The position numbers were made by a program, and so were the translations under genes. 64,000 nucleotides of DNA, taken from assembly GCA_965222605.1 (NCBI GenBank), contig OZ244960.1, positions 480,001-544,000 on the forward strand. The letters are read 5' to 3'. The notes under the pieces were generated by a model. The model ran no database searches. It was not told where the DNA came from and saw only the letters and a program-made list of their open reading frames with translations. Shown in pieces: positions 47,009-58,326 of this stretch. How positions within the stretch are numbered: the stretch's first letter is position 1; every line of letters begins with the position of its first letter. This DNA is from Candidatus Latescibacterota bacterium (GTDB lineage Bacteria; Latescibacterota; UBA2968).

Positions 47009-48823
47009 TCAATTCTCTAAAATCCGATGCACCCGCCGCACATCGGGCGCGTAAAACATCTGTGCCTGTCCCGACGGCCAGCGTATTGCAACGCTATCAA
47101 CCGCCGCGCCATCGCCTAAACCAAAATGCAGCGGACGTTGATTTTGCGCGGCGTATCCACTACCACCCGACACCTCCTGCACCTGCACCTCTCCGTTCCA
47201 AAACACCTGCACCCGCGCCCCAATCGCACTGCGATTGCTCTGTTGTCCAACCAGATCGAACCCAATCCAGTTTGTCTCTGCTCGCACTGTGTTGCGGTAT
47301 AACAAAAGCGGTCCCCGCTGATTGGCCACCACCACATCCAACACCCCCCGGTTCCACAAATCTACCAGAACCACAGCCCGCCCGTCGAAACGGTCCCGAA
47401 CGCCTACTGCCTGTGCTACCTCGGCAAATTGCCCCACCCCATCGTTCACCCAAACGCGCTTAGTCTGATGACCAGCCAGACTCCTGCCCCGCATCGGAGG
47501 CCAATTTTTTGCATCTGAAATAATCGCGCTGTGTCCACCCGCCACCTGAGAAAAATCGTACCAGTAATTCCCATTTTCATCTGCCGAAATATATCCATTA
47601 GTCAAAACGAGATCCAGCGCCCCATCATTATTCAAATCCCCAAACTGCGCGCCAAAACTCCATCCTCCCAGATCCACGCCCATCGCCCCGGCCAAATTCT
47701 CAAACCGAAAGGTCTCGCCTCCCTGGGGCACCCACAAATTATTCCCCTGAATGAGAACACCTGCTTGAGAAATATTCGTCTCGTAAATTGCCAGATCTCC
47801 CCGATTCAGCACATCGCCAAATGCGGCATTCATCCCACTTTTTGGCTGGCGGCCCACCCCGGCCTGCTCTCCCATCTCGACAAACCGCTTTCCTCCCTCA
47901 TTCACATACAACTCGGAAATCCCGTAATCATTGGACAAAAACAGGTCGGGAAATCCAGAACTATTCAAATCCGCCGCACCCACCGCCAGTGTCCACCTTC
48001 TGCTCGTGATCCCGACCTTTACTGTTACATCCTCAAATGTCCCATCGCCCAAATTTCGAAGCAAATACTTTCGCCCTCCATTATTGGCGTATTCAAAACT
48101 CTCCGGCATCATCTGCGTAGTCTCCAAATCCCACAAATTCAGGGACTCGGACCAGTAACCCGCCACAAAAATGTCCAGATGCCCATCGCAGTCGTAATCC
48201 ACCCAAATAGCACTCCCGGCATTGATCCACTCGGGCAAACCCACTATTTCTGTCACGCGCTCAAACACCTTCCCCTCCCGATTGCGAAACAACTCGGGAC
48301 GGCCCCATTTATACAGAAACAAATCTTCAAATCCATCATTGTCGTAATCACCCCACACAGCCCCCATGCTCACGCCTGCTCGATTCACATCCGCCACGCC
48401 CAAATCGGTCGCCACATCTTCAAAACCCTCCCCTCCTAAATTTCGATACAGCCGATTCATACTTCCCATCCGACTACTTGTGACATACAAATCCTGCCAT
48501 TCATCCCGATCGTAATCCACCACCGACACCGCCGCGCCCATCGACGCGATAATCGGCATAATATGATCCAGCTTTGCATCCAGCACAGGAGCTTCATGTA
48601 CAAAATTGATCCCTTCCTGTTTTCCAACTTCCTTCAGGTAGAATCCATATCTTTCAGTACCTGTGCTGACAAGGGGTAAGTCAGTATCCCTTTCCCCCAC
48701 TTGCCATCCCCCCCACTTCATCATACCCAGCGCGACCAGCAATAGCCCGAAAAACAGCACCACCAAAATCTGCACGACGCGATTGGGCTGTCTCTCCTCT
48801 ATCCCACTGTCTTCCCGCTTCAT
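47009..48823 (-). CDS. CRTAC1/ASPIC-UnbV family FG-GAP beta-propeller protein
   Basis: Repeated DYDNDG-type motifs; C-terminal SNRSAIGARV...GSGYAAQ...LHFGLG...IRWPSG. Confidence 0.88.
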   Translation of the reverse strand: MKREDSGIEERQPNRVVQILVVLFFGLLLVALGMMKWGGWQVGERDTDLPLVSTGTERYGFYLKEVGKQEGINFVHEAPVLDAKLDHIMPIIASMGAAVSVVDYDRDEWQDLYVTSSRMGSMNRLYRNLGGEGFEDVATDLGVADVNRAGVSMGAVWGDYDNDGFEDLFLYKWGRPELFRNREGKVFERVTEIVGLPEWINAGSAIWVDYDCDGHLDIFVAGYWSESLNLWDLETTQMMPESFEYANNGGRKYLLRNLGDGTFEDVTVKVGITSRRWTLAVGAADLNSSGFPDLFLSNDYGISELYVNEGGKRFVEMGEQAGVGRQPKSGMNAAFGDVLNRGDLAIYETNISQAGVLIQGNNLWVPQGGETFRFENLAGAMGVDLGGWSFGAQFGDLNNDGALDLVLTNGYISADENGNYWYDFSQVAGGHSAIISDAKNWPPMRGRSLAGHQTKRVWVNDGVGQFAEVAQAVGVRDRFDGRAVVLVDLWNRGVLDVVVANQRGPLLLYRNTVRAETNWIGFDLVGQQSNRSAIGARVQVFWNGEVQVQEVSGGSGYAAQNQRPLHFGLGDGAAVDSVAIRWPSGQAQMFYAPDVRRVHRILEN

Positions 48824-51800
48824 GGCCTATCATTCCTCAGCGCCGAGTCAAATCGCTCAGGCGTCACATACCGAGTGTGAAACCGTTGCCAATCCTCTGC
48901 ATTGCGCTTAAAAACCGGATCATCTTCAAGCGTTTTGGGCGCGCGATCATAAGTCAAGACCCCATGCGCAGGCAAAGGCAACACCGTCGTTGAAAAAGCC
49001 GTATTATAATCGCCGTCTTTAACCCATCCATCGCCTTTTAACACAAAATCTCGCACCCGCTCCCCAGGACCTTGCAAAGCCTCAAATTGCAATTGGATTT
49101 CATCTCCCGCATTCACAATCACATATCGGTCATCGACCTGTGCCAGCAATGGCTTCACATCTCCATATCGCGTGTAATATCCCACGAGATCTCGCCACAG
49201 TTGAGAAGTTCCGCTAAGCGCGTGATAATCTGGCACCTCGGGCGAACTCGCATCTGCCTCCGCCACCTGGGAAAACCCGCGATAATACAACCGCGCACGC
49301 TCCAAAGGCACAGATTGAACCGTCATCACACTGTCTTCCAGCGGCACGGCCCACGCCAAACGATCCCAATAAATCTCCAAATTGGTCTGCAATCTAAATT
49401 TTCGGGAAACATCCCGCGGGAAAACTCCGCTCAGATCGATCAACACCGTCTTGTGCTTCCCGGCAGGAAAACCCAGGTCTGGATGCGCGACGCGCCAATC
49501 AGACCCGTCAAATACATGCAGAGAAAGGCCCTGAGGGGGCGGATGGCTACCCTGCCCCAGCGCCACATTGATCGAACTATCCGTCGGATGAATCCATCCC
49601 TGACCAACCAGCCATAAAGGTCCTTTTCTGGGCACCTCGTCTCCCACCACCACCTCCACATAGTGTTCTCGCGTCACCCCCTGGTAAATGCCCCGCCCAA
49701 AAGTATCCACATACTGTCCATCTCGCACCCGCACCCTATCGGTCACATCGCGCCCCCGATCATCTTTCACAACAACAAAAGATTGAGGCTGCGTAGTCGC
49801 ATAAATCGCAAGCGATGGAGAAACCCGAGCAAAACGTTCATCCACAAAAATCGACGTCCCCACGGGATGATCAACTGCAACAAGAGACACCCAATCGACA
49901 AAATGCGTCTCCCACAGTTCTCCCGTAATCCGGATATCGTACATCTCATTTTGAGCAGATAGCTGATCGCCTTTGATCTTCACCCAATCTTCCGTCTGAA
50001 CAATACCCGCAACCACCTGGGAATTGATCCGCATGCCCAGAGGCGACCGCCACAAAAAATCCGTTACAAACCCTATCTCCGACCCATTGTGGGCAAACAC
50101 CCAGGGGCACGACCCCTTCAACCGCTGTACGGCACGCACCTCCTGATCCACCTCCAGATTAAACTCCACCTGAGGCATCCCATTGGGCCACACAATCCGC
50201 ACGAGATCTGCCCCCGTATAAGCCCCCAATCCGAAATGCACCACCGGATCCGTAACCACCTGCTTCTGATAGAACGCACCTGAACGCAATTCCACTTCTG
50301 AACCCAAACCCAGTGCATTGATTCGCCCGTCGCCAAGAGACCTACCACCCACGGGACGAATCGCCTGCCAGTGATACGCCAAATCGCCCCGGTTCACCAA
50401 TTGCAACGCCTCACCCGCATCCGAAACACCCAACAAATCGAGCCGACCATCGCCCGTTAAATCGGCCACACCAGTCACGCGCGCTTTCAGATCCAGAGAA
50501 TGGTAAGCCGTTTCTGACGCCAGATAGGCGCGTTTACCAAACACCAGATCCAATGCGCCATTATTATCCAGATCCGCTATGAGAAGCGCGGCTGGCTCAA
50601 CAGGTGAATCACCCTGGATTAGCTTGCGTATCCCTCCTTGCGATACCGCCATCACAGCACCATCTCGATCTGCGATCACGCGCTCTAAGCGCCCGTCTCG
50701 ATCCAGATCTCCTGCTGCTATGGCAATCCCGTTCACCGCCTTTTTCGCCCCCAGCGTAAATACACTTGCCCGCTCATTAATCGCCTCAATCAATTGCCCT
50801 TCTCGGTCCAGCATCGCCGCATCGGGATCGCCATCGCCATCCCTATCAGCCCAGACAAAACCCCTCAGTCCATCTACATTGCCGAAAAGGTCTCGCGCCA
50901 CAAACGAACCATCTCCATTATTTTGCAACACGAGAGGCGTACCAGTAGAACGTCCCAACACAAAATCGACATCTCCATCCATCTCTATATCTGCACCCCA
51001 CACGCCGGAATAAGCCATCTCCGTTACTTCTTTGCTCAACCCGATGGAATCAGTCACATCCTCAACCCCGCCATCCTCAGTGCGCTGCAACAATTGAAAA
51101 CCATCTGCCCCCACCAGCGCCAGATCTAACGCAAAATCGTTATTCCAATCAACTGTCAGCATCCCATTCATCTCCGACACACCTGAAAAATCAACCGCAA
51201 TCCCCTCCGCCCCCCGCACTTGAGAAGCACTTGCCACAACCACCTCTACCCCTTCTTCAGACCAGAAAGGCTTGAGCGTCTGCCAATCACTTCCCCCCAA
51301 ACCCGCAACGGATTCGGATTCAAAATACATATCCAAATCCGCAGGCGACGGCATGGCCTGGGGCGCGTCGAGCTTCAAAAATTCAACCACGGGATCTCCC
51401 AGGCGTTCAGCCGGCACAATCAGCGCATCCAGCGCGCGCCGATACTTATGATCGCGCAACAACACATTGTGCAAAAACATCGCGTGCAAAGTCCCACTCC
51501 CTGCCGCCTCGCTCTGCAACCGACGCAACTGCCCCCGTGCCGCATCCGACCAGCCTTCTGCCCACTCACCTAACTTTTCCACCGATGCGCGCAACGCCCC
51601 CTCATCACCTCGTTTGCCCGCTTGCCTCGCCCGCTCGAGCCACAGCGCGGGATTGTGCGGCACCTGTTTGATCAGAGCTTCCAACTGTGCCCAGACCTCC
51701 TGCTCGCTACCTGCTCCCCCCCACCGCTCGACCTCTTTCATCCGCGCATATTGCGCCTTCACAAGCCCTTGTTGCGCCGCCTGCCCGAAAAACGCGATAG

Positions 51801-52149
51801 CAGCGTCGGATTGTCCTCTACTGCGCTCGACCAGCCCCTGTAACATCGCAATAGCGCCGCTTTGGGGTATCAGTGAACGCGCTGTCTTCAGATCTTTGGC
51901 AGCCCCATCGTAATCCCCGCGCCGCAACCGCAACACCCCGCGATTTGCCCACGCAGCCGGCTCCTCGGGTTCCAATGTAATAGCACGGCTCAAACTGGTA
52001 TCTGCCCGATCAAAAGCACCCACCTCCAGCGCGAACACACCCGTATAAAATGCAGACACATAATCCGCGGATGGCGTAGCCATCTTCACCTGTCCGCATC
52101 CAAGCCCCAACACCATCAACAACCCGATCATGCGATGAATATTAAGCAT
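48820..52149 (-). CDS. TPR + FG-GAP + ASPIC/UnbV lipoprotein with large C-terminal domain
   Basis: GLGC lipobox, AAWANRG TPR, DxDxDG repeats, HFGLG...VWPNG, KGSCP, GWVKDGD. Confidence 0.82.
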   Translation of the reverse strand: MLNIHRMIGLLMVLGLGCGQVKMATPSADYVSAFYTGVFALEVGAFDRADTSLSRAITLEPEEPAAWANRGVLRLRRGDYDGAAKDLKTARSLIPQSGAIAMLQGLVERSRGQSDAAIAFFGQAAQQGLVKAQYARMKEVERWGGAGSEQEVWAQLEALIKQVPHNPALWLERARQAGKRGDEGALRASVEKLGEWAEGWSDAARGQLRRLQSEAAGSGTLHAMFLHNVLLRDHKYRRALDALIVPAERLGDPVVEFLKLDAPQAMPSPADLDMYFESESVAGLGGSDWQTLKPFWSEEGVEVVVASASQVRGAEGIAVDFSGVSEMNGMLTVDWNNDFALDLALVGADGFQLLQRTEDGGVEDVTDSIGLSKEVTEMAYSGVWGADIEMDGDVDFVLGRSTGTPLVLQNNGDGSFVARDLFGNVDGLRGFVWADRDGDGDPDAAMLDREGQLIEAINERASVFTLGAKKAVNGIAIAAGDLDRDGRLERVIADRDGAVMAVSQGGIRKLIQGDSPVEPAALLIADLDNNGALDLVFGKRAYLASETAYHSLDLKARVTGVADLTGDGRLDLLGVSDAGEALQLVNRGDLAYHWQAIRPVGGRSLGDGRINALGLGSEVELRSGAFYQKQVVTDPVVHFGLGAYTGADLVRIVWPNGMPQVEFNLEVDQEVRAVQRLKGSCPWVFAHNGSEIGFVTDFLWRSPLGMRINSQVVAGIVQTEDWVKIKGDQLSAQNEMYDIRITGELWETHFVDWVSLVAVDHPVGTSIFVDERFARVSPSLAIYATTQPQSFVVVKDDRGRDVTDRVRVRDGQYVDTFGRGIYQGVTREHYVEVVVGDEVPRKGPLWLVGQGWIHPTDSSINVALGQGSHPPPQGLSLHVFDGSDWRVAHPDLGFPAGKHKTVLIDLSGVFPRDVSRKFRLQTNLEIYWDRLAWAVPLEDSVMTVQSVPLERARLYYRGFSQVAEADASSPEVPDYHALSGTSQLWRDLVGYYTRYGDVKPLLAQVDDRYVIVNAGDEIQLQFEALQGPGERVRDFVLKGDGWVKDGDYNTAFSTTVLPLPAHGVLTYDRAPKTLEDDPVFKRNAEDWQRFHTRYVTPERFDSALRNDRP

Positions 52150-54130
52150 CGTGCTCCTTCCATCCTGGTATCGAAATATCCATCCGCCGCGTAGGCGCGT
52201 AGATCTTATCGCCCTTATAAGGCGCGTCCTGCGTCACAATATAAATCGCGCCATCATGCACATACGTGATCTCATCCCGCGAATCTCCCACCACATCTTC
52301 CACAACCCCACCCGCCCAATCAAATGGCACACCCTCGCACACGGGTTTGATCACCTTGCGACACTGTGCATCGTAAAACCCGAATGATTCGGCACTGGTA
52401 CTGACAAACAGCAACTCCTGTCCATCGCCTACCCAGTTCACTGCCGGTCCACCCTGGCTCATGTTATCCGGCTCCATCCGAGACAGCGGATCCCCTTGAC
52501 CACTCACCAGATTCATAATCCCATAAGTTCCCCACCGATCGCCCATCCACATCTCCAACCCCGGCAAATCGGGTCTAAAATTCCCCGCGTAAATCCCCTG
52601 CACATGCCCATAGCGGTGGTGCCGCAGCAGTGTGCCATCCCGCGCATCCACCAGAAAAAATCCCGGATCGCTCCCCGCAATCCCGATCTCTGGCCCATTG
52701 CTCTCATCTCCATCCAACTCCCCAAAAGAAGCGTGGTCGATATGCCCTGCACCGCCAGAATCCTCGATGTACTCCGCACCCTCCATTGTCCAGAGATGAT
52801 TTCCATCCCCATCGTAAAGATCGTAACCGGGCAAAATTTCGTCCCGGCCATCGCCATCTACGTCGTAAAACCAGATATACATTCCGTACCACGCATTGTG
52901 CGCGTCCCGCCGCCAGCGCAAGTTCAAATTTTCGTCAAACGCCCAGATCGAATATCCGGTACCCGCGCCGTCGCCATCCCGCAAAATCAAATCCTGCGCC
53001 TTCTCCGTCTTTCTAATTTTACACGGCCAGATCACCTTGAGCGAATGCAAAAAATCTCCCATGCTCGCATTTCTGTATCCCCGATACGGCCCCGTCCGCG
53101 GCAATTCTGTTTCCGCCGTCACCTCCCCCGATTTTCCGCTCACCAGCTTTAATCGATCATCCTCAATACCGATAAAGTCTTCCACCCCATCCCCATCCAG
53201 ATCGTGTACCACAGATCGTTGCAGCCCTTTTGCTGCGGGAAAAGTCTGATCGTATTGCACTTCCCCGTCAAAATTTAAGCACACAACGCGCACCCCTTCA
53301 TCCGTCTCCTTTTGCAACACAATTTCCTTTTGCCCCGCCCCTCTAAAATCGCCGTATCGAACCTCACACGGCCAGAACTCGCCGATGTCAATCCGCTTCC
53401 ACAGCACTGGCTTTGGATACTTCTCCGCTTCCTCTGCCACCTCTTTTTGATATGCGTCCAACCGACTCGTGTATGCAGCATTGGCAGATGCACCCGTGGT
53501 GACGCGTACCGCACGCATGCGACTTCGCGTATTTGTACGCACGCCCACTTTCCCGGTTGGAAAGCGATCGTCATAAGCTACAAATGCCTGCTCGCCATTC
53601 ACATAACACGCAAACCGCTCGCCCTCACATACCACTTTTAGCGCGTAATACTGTCCCCTATCAAATCCATTGGGCAGATCCGCAAGCATCGTCCACGCCT
53701 CGTCTTCTCTCCGATAGAGCACAAACCGATCAAACCCCTCCATACAAAAATAATAATACCGCCTCAAATCCTGATACCGCACCATAATCCCCGACCGGGC
53801 GACAATCGCATGGGGATCGTCATTACCCGGCTGGGTATATGCGTTCAACTGCCGCACCTGCGCTTCCACCGTGTAATCACCCCACAGCGGCTCACCCGCC
53901 ACCAGACACCGATCCGACTTGGCAGTGTGCTCCAACACTTCTGAGTCCCCATCTTTCACCACCCGATAGTTGCTCAGCATATTCCACTTGGGGGGCGCGA
54001 CCAGCGCATTCCCCCAGCCCTTGAAATATTGCTCATCGATACTCTGATCCGGTTCTGTCTTATCCAGCACCGTCCCCAGCGGACATCCCGATAGGTCAAT
54101 CTCCGCCAGCAATCGCTCATTGTTTGCCAT
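52142..54130 (-). CDS. DUF1080-like N-terminal domain plus FG-GAP propeller (rhamnogalacturonan lyase-like)
   Basis: WGDYTVEA...GIMVRYQD...GKVG; DLDGDG and DVDGDGRDE repeats; GHID, GHVQ. Confidence 0.65.
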   Translation of the reverse strand: MANNERLLAEIDLSGCPLGTVLDKTEPDQSIDEQYFKGWGNALVAPPKWNMLSNYRVVKDGDSEVLEHTAKSDRCLVAGEPLWGDYTVEAQVRQLNAYTQPGNDDPHAIVARSGIMVRYQDLRRYYYFCMEGFDRFVLYRREDEAWTMLADLPNGFDRGQYYALKVVCEGERFACYVNGEQAFVAYDDRFPTGKVGVRTNTRSRMRAVRVTTGASANAAYTSRLDAYQKEVAEEAEKYPKPVLWKRIDIGEFWPCEVRYGDFRGAGQKEIVLQKETDEGVRVVCLNFDGEVQYDQTFPAAKGLQRSVVHDLDGDGVEDFIGIEDDRLKLVSGKSGEVTAETELPRTGPYRGYRNASMGDFLHSLKVIWPCKIRKTEKAQDLILRDGDGAGTGYSIWAFDENLNLRWRRDAHNAWYGMYIWFYDVDGDGRDEILPGYDLYDGDGNHLWTMEGAEYIEDSGGAGHIDHASFGELDGDESNGPEIGIAGSDPGFFLVDARDGTLLRHHRYGHVQGIYAGNFRPDLPGLEMWMGDRWGTYGIMNLVSGQGDPLSRMEPDNMSQGGPAVNWVGDGQELLFVSTSAESFGFYDAQCRKVIKPVCEGVPFDWAGGVVEDVVGDSRDEITYVHDGAIYIVTQDAPYKGDKIYAPTRRMDISIPGWKEHDA

Positions 54131-54204
54131 GTCTTTCTCCCTGTAAAAAAAATGGAAACTGCATCGACGCGATATATCTTATCATGCCATCAATAAACCC
54201 GAAC

Positions 54205-56151
54205 TCAAAATACATGCACTACATGCCCCTGCCCCGGAAACCAGACCAGATCTACCACAAAAGACAGCGTTACTGCCAGCGCATATCCAATCAACAGACC
54301 TGAAAAAAAAGGCTGCCATCGGCGGTACAACACCATCCCACCTCCCTTCAGGAACAACCCTTTGATCGCCCAAACAAGAAAAGCCGAAAACGCCAGTTCT
54401 CGTGTAAAATTGGTGCCGGAAATGGTCAGCCCGATCGGGTGAAGCGGCCACCTCGGAAACCGGTAACGCAAAAAACTCAGCAGTCCCATCAGCGCGGCAC
54501 CGATTCCGAACAGCATCAGTCGGATACTGTCCGTCCCCTGTGGTGTCTTCATCTTGGCAACTGCCGCATTAAAGGCCGCTTTGTTCCCACTTCGATAGGG
54601 CCACACATCAAAATGATAGGCTCCGTGAACATAGGCCAGATGAAGCGTTAACGCAAGCGATACCACGGCACTCAGCACCAGGCCAAATACCACGGCCCAG
54701 AGCAGAAGGCGTCGATTGCCACGCACAAAATCTGCCAGACGAGCTCCGTGTACCAACCCGGGCATAAACAGTCCCCGGTAGGAAATCAACGCATAGGAAA
54801 ATGCCAATGCCGTCATTGTTGCCCCCGACAGGGTACGCGTACCCAGGACAGCCATCGTAAAGGCCTGGCCGCTCAGCGGGGTGCGAACATAAATCAACCC
54901 TGTCTCCGCCACAATCTTGGCTACTCCCACATACGTCACCAGCGTTGCTAAAATACACAGAATGGCTGCGCCATAGGCCATCCCCGCCGCGTGTAGCCAC
55001 AACACCAGGTAACCCAGTCCTATAAACATCCCCCATACCGCAGCCCGATATCCCATCATCTCATCCGTATCTTCGGCGTTCCGCCCCCCCTTAAAAGCAC
55101 TGCGGAATGCGGTGTAAAAGTGCCTTCGGGCTATCCACAACCCCCAGCCCACAAATACGGTCAACGCCCCGAACCCCTCCCAGCCGGCCACTTCGTATGA
55201 CGAGCCCCAACTGTCGGAGTTCTTCAAACCAAATCCCAGTCGCCTTAAGATACCCACCTGAAATACATTCAGCACATAAAAAAACCAGACGCTGAACAAC
55301 ACTTCCAGGTTGGCAAAATACACAAACCCGATCGTAAACAGATTGAACTTGATCCGGATTCCAGGGAAATTGCGGCCCAGTGGTAGTGACGTTCCAGATC
55401 GGTAACTACCCGTGGGAAACCTGGGTACCCCAGGAGAAAAAAACGACAGGATGTTCCAGGCGATCATCCCAAATCCCGTCACTGCGCCCGCCCAGAACAA
55501 CCTTCCCCCAATCATCTGTATCCCGTGTTTTGGCGCCGAGACCAGATCTACCGCCACATTTGCCAGCGGATAGACCAATCGCTCGTGATCCACCCACTGC
55601 CGCCGCAACAAAACCGCCAGACAGATCGACACACACGCCGCTGCACCGATAAAACTCAACCACCAGAACAGTGGCAAAATCCACTCACCCCACGGCACAG
55701 CCTGTCCGGGCGGTAATCCCTCAAAAAACCATGTCATCGCCCGCCCGTCTTCCGAGGGCGCCATCCACGGTCTGATATGATTGTGCAGGTAAGGTGCCCA
55801 CCCATTCTCCGGTGTAGCAAAATAAAACGGTGCCGCAAGAATCCCCAACAAATACCCCGGCAGTCCGTCCGCCGCCGGGATCACCGCGCTGGCCAACCCC
55901 ATCGTCAACGCCACCAGCAAATCCGAACGTCCAAACGCCCACTCGGGTTTCTGCGCTTTGAGCACCGGATTCACAATCAGAGCACACAACACAAAGGGCA
56001 CAAATAGGGCCAGCGCAAAATTGCTCATGTTCAACCGGGAGGATCGCACAATAAACTCAGAATAGGTAGCCCAAACGCTCACCAGCACCACAAAAAACGC
56101 CCCCAGTACCACCGCACGAACCTTAAACCGATCGTCTCGCACCTGCCCCAT
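54205..56151 (-). CDS. DUF6785/DUF6784-like polytopic membrane protein (putative transporter)
   Basis: PFYFATPEN, RRQWVDHERLVYPL, WPLHPIG, many TM helices. Confidence 0.75.
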   Translation of the reverse strand: MGQVRDDRFKVRAVVLGAFFVVLVSVWATYSEFIVRSSRLNMSNFALALFVPFVLCALIVNPVLKAQKPEWAFGRSDLLVALTMGLASAVIPAADGLPGYLLGILAAPFYFATPENGWAPYLHNHIRPWMAPSEDGRAMTWFFEGLPPGQAVPWGEWILPLFWWLSFIGAAACVSICLAVLLRRQWVDHERLVYPLANVAVDLVSAPKHGIQMIGGRLFWAGAVTGFGMIAWNILSFFSPGVPRFPTGSYRSGTSLPLGRNFPGIRIKFNLFTIGFVYFANLEVLFSVWFFYVLNVFQVGILRRLGFGLKNSDSWGSSYEVAGWEGFGALTVFVGWGLWIARRHFYTAFRSAFKGGRNAEDTDEMMGYRAAVWGMFIGLGYLVLWLHAAGMAYGAAILCILATLVTYVGVAKIVAETGLIYVRTPLSGQAFTMAVLGTRTLSGATMTALAFSYALISYRGLFMPGLVHGARLADFVRGNRRLLLWAVVFGLVLSAVVSLALTLHLAYVHGAYHFDVWPYRSGNKAAFNAAVAKMKTPQGTDSIRLMLFGIGAALMGLLSFLRYRFPRWPLHPIGLTISGTNFTRELAFSAFLVWAIKGLFLKGGGMVLYRRWQPFFSGLLIGYALAVTLSFVVDLVWFPGQGHVVHVF

Positions 56152-58287
56152 TTATTTCACCTCAACGCCCCGCAACGCCTCGACACGCCAACCAAATTCC
56201 TCCTCCAATTCTTTTGTCCATCCCCGCTTTAGAAACGCAATCTGCCCCTCCCGATTGAGAAACCAGGTTGTGGGAAAGCCCTGAATACCCGCTTTATTCA
56301 CATATCCGTCATCGAGCAAAACCGGAAACGTGTAACCCTTTTCCTCCATCCACGGCGGTACTGACTCGGGATTGCGATCATTATTGATCGTCAAAATCGC
56401 CACATCTGGATCATCCTTGTAATGCTCGTACAAATTCTGAAACTCCGGCATCTCTTTCACACACCACCCACACCATATCCCCCAGAAATTGATCGCCACG
56501 ACCTTGCCCTTCAAAGAAGTTAGTGATACTTGCTTATCCTTTAATGTCTTCAAATTAAACGCAAGAGCGGATTCTGGAGCCTCGATCCGAGAAGCCAGGA
56601 CCTCCTGTTCTCTCGTTTCTCGATCCGAAGCCCTCAAAGGTTTTAAATAATCTTCGTACCCATCCAAATTCTCGTGTCGCTTCAAAAAAAGTGACTTCAG
56701 AGCCTGGTCATTGAGATTTTTACCTGACGATGGGATGGCTATACCCATTTTATAAAATATTTCCGCCTGATCTGGATTGTCCATCGCCTCATAGACCTGA
56801 CCCAAATGGTAAATCGTGTCCATCTTCTTGGGATTCAGTTCATAGGCGCGCATCAATTCTCGCGCGGCATCTTCCAAACGCCCTTCCTGAAAAAACACCC
56901 AGCCGAGGGCATCGGCCATCAACCCGGTTCTCCCTTTTATGGTCTGTTGATACTTTTCCTCTGAGTCGAAGTACTTTCTCTGGCTTTCCAGTCTTTCCTT
57001 TACTGCCGCAATACCATCCCGGGCAATCTGCTCAGCCTCTCGATAATACGATGTGCGTTCCGCCAGTATGATTGCACCCATTGGAAATGTGATGTGCAGA
57101 TTGACATTCTCATATTTAACCATACCCTGCACCACGTCCAGAATTTCTTCTGCCGATACCGCAGAATCCTCTCGAATGGCAAAGAGAAGCTCCTGATACG
57201 CATATCCCAGAAACCTTTTATCGTAGTGTCGGGGCCGCGCGATAAACGCCCTCAGAAAATTCCGAAACTCTGCCTCTTGCCCGGGGTCTTGAAAACCCTC
57301 TTCACTGGCGGCATCCCGCATCGCACGATAGCGATTCAGCAGCACCGCCTCTGCCGCCGCACTTTCGCCATAGGTACTGAGGATACGATCTCCTACCATT
57401 TTTGCCTTTTCTTTTGCTTCCAGCCTCATATAGGCACCATATAGTGTCATCAGAGTAGCCGCATCTTCCCCACCCGCGTTTATAAACACATCGGCATCAG
57501 CCTCGATCTCCGCAATTTTCTCTGCTATAGGCTTGTTTTTGAGTCGCTCAATCGCTCGCCAGAACCGCTGATGCACCTTTATGTCTGTTGGTGCCAATTG
57601 GGCCGCTTTCTGGTATAGCGGATAGGCATCATCATAACGCCCCACCAAATACAGATAATAAGCCGGTCGAAAATAGGCATTTGCATTGCCAGGATCGACT
57701 TTGCGCGCTTCTGCAAACGCCTTCAGGCAAGCCTCGAACCTTTCGTTATCTTTTCCCCTCTTAGAAGTATAGTACAGCGCATTCCCCTTAACGACCAGAA
57801 GCCTGGCTGGATTCTCGACTCGCGTTTTATACTGATCCACAAAGGCAATAGCATCCTCTTTATTGCTTCCATACAGCACATCCGCTCTTGTATTGATGAC
57901 ATCCGCATGATCGGGCAACATCTCCAGGGCTTTTTCACTGGCTGAAAGTGCCTCATCCCTGCGCTCTTTCCCGAGTCGATCAAGTGCGCTCGCAAGCGCG
58001 ATCCAGCTCCACGCGCTATTTTCATGAGACGCGACCATCTGTTCAGCGGCAACAACTGCTTCCTCTGTATTATCCACAGCCATGTGATGAATGAACCATG
58101 CACGCAGATGCAAATTGTCCGGAAATCGCTCAACCAGCTTTTTACCCTCAACATATCCATCTTTAGCATTCCGTATCATTCGCAGAGACCTCAACCTCGC
58201 AATCGCCTCTTCTGCCGTATCTTGCCCTTGAATGGGAATTGGACACACAGCAAACAACAAAAGATACAAGACCCATCGATTCCTCAT
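56152..58287 (-). CDS. Exported TPR protein with C-terminal TlpA-like thioredoxin domain
   Basis: TPR helices (DALGWVFF), SLKGKVVAINFWGIWCGWC, GFPTT. Confidence 0.85.
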   Translation of the reverse strand: MRNRWVLYLLLFAVCPIPIQGQDTAEEAIARLRSLRMIRNAKDGYVEGKKLVERFPDNLHLRAWFIHHMAVDNTEEAVVAAEQMVASHENSAWSWIALASALDRLGKERRDEALSASEKALEMLPDHADVINTRADVLYGSNKEDAIAFVDQYKTRVENPARLLVVKGNALYYTSKRGKDNERFEACLKAFAEARKVDPGNANAYFRPAYYLYLVGRYDDAYPLYQKAAQLAPTDIKVHQRFWRAIERLKNKPIAEKIAEIEADADVFINAGGEDAATLMTLYGAYMRLEAKEKAKMVGDRILSTYGESAAAEAVLLNRYRAMRDAASEEGFQDPGQEAEFRNFLRAFIARPRHYDKRFLGYAYQELLFAIREDSAVSAEEILDVVQGMVKYENVNLHITFPMGAIILAERTSYYREAEQIARDGIAAVKERLESQRKYFDSEEKYQQTIKGRTGLMADALGWVFFQEGRLEDAARELMRAYELNPKKMDTIYHLGQVYEAMDNPDQAEIFYKMGIAIPSSGKNLNDQALKSLFLKRHENLDGYEDYLKPLRASDRETREQEVLASRIEAPESALAFNLKTLKDKQVSLTSLKGKVVAINFWGIWCGWCVKEMPEFQNLYEHYKDDPDVAILTINNDRNPESVPPWMEEKGYTFPVLLDDGYVNKAGIQGFPTTWFLNREGQIAFLKRGWTKELEEEFGWRVEALRGVEVK

Positions 58288-58326
58288 AGCACACCTCCTT
58301 GAATGACTTCCATGACATCATCTCCG

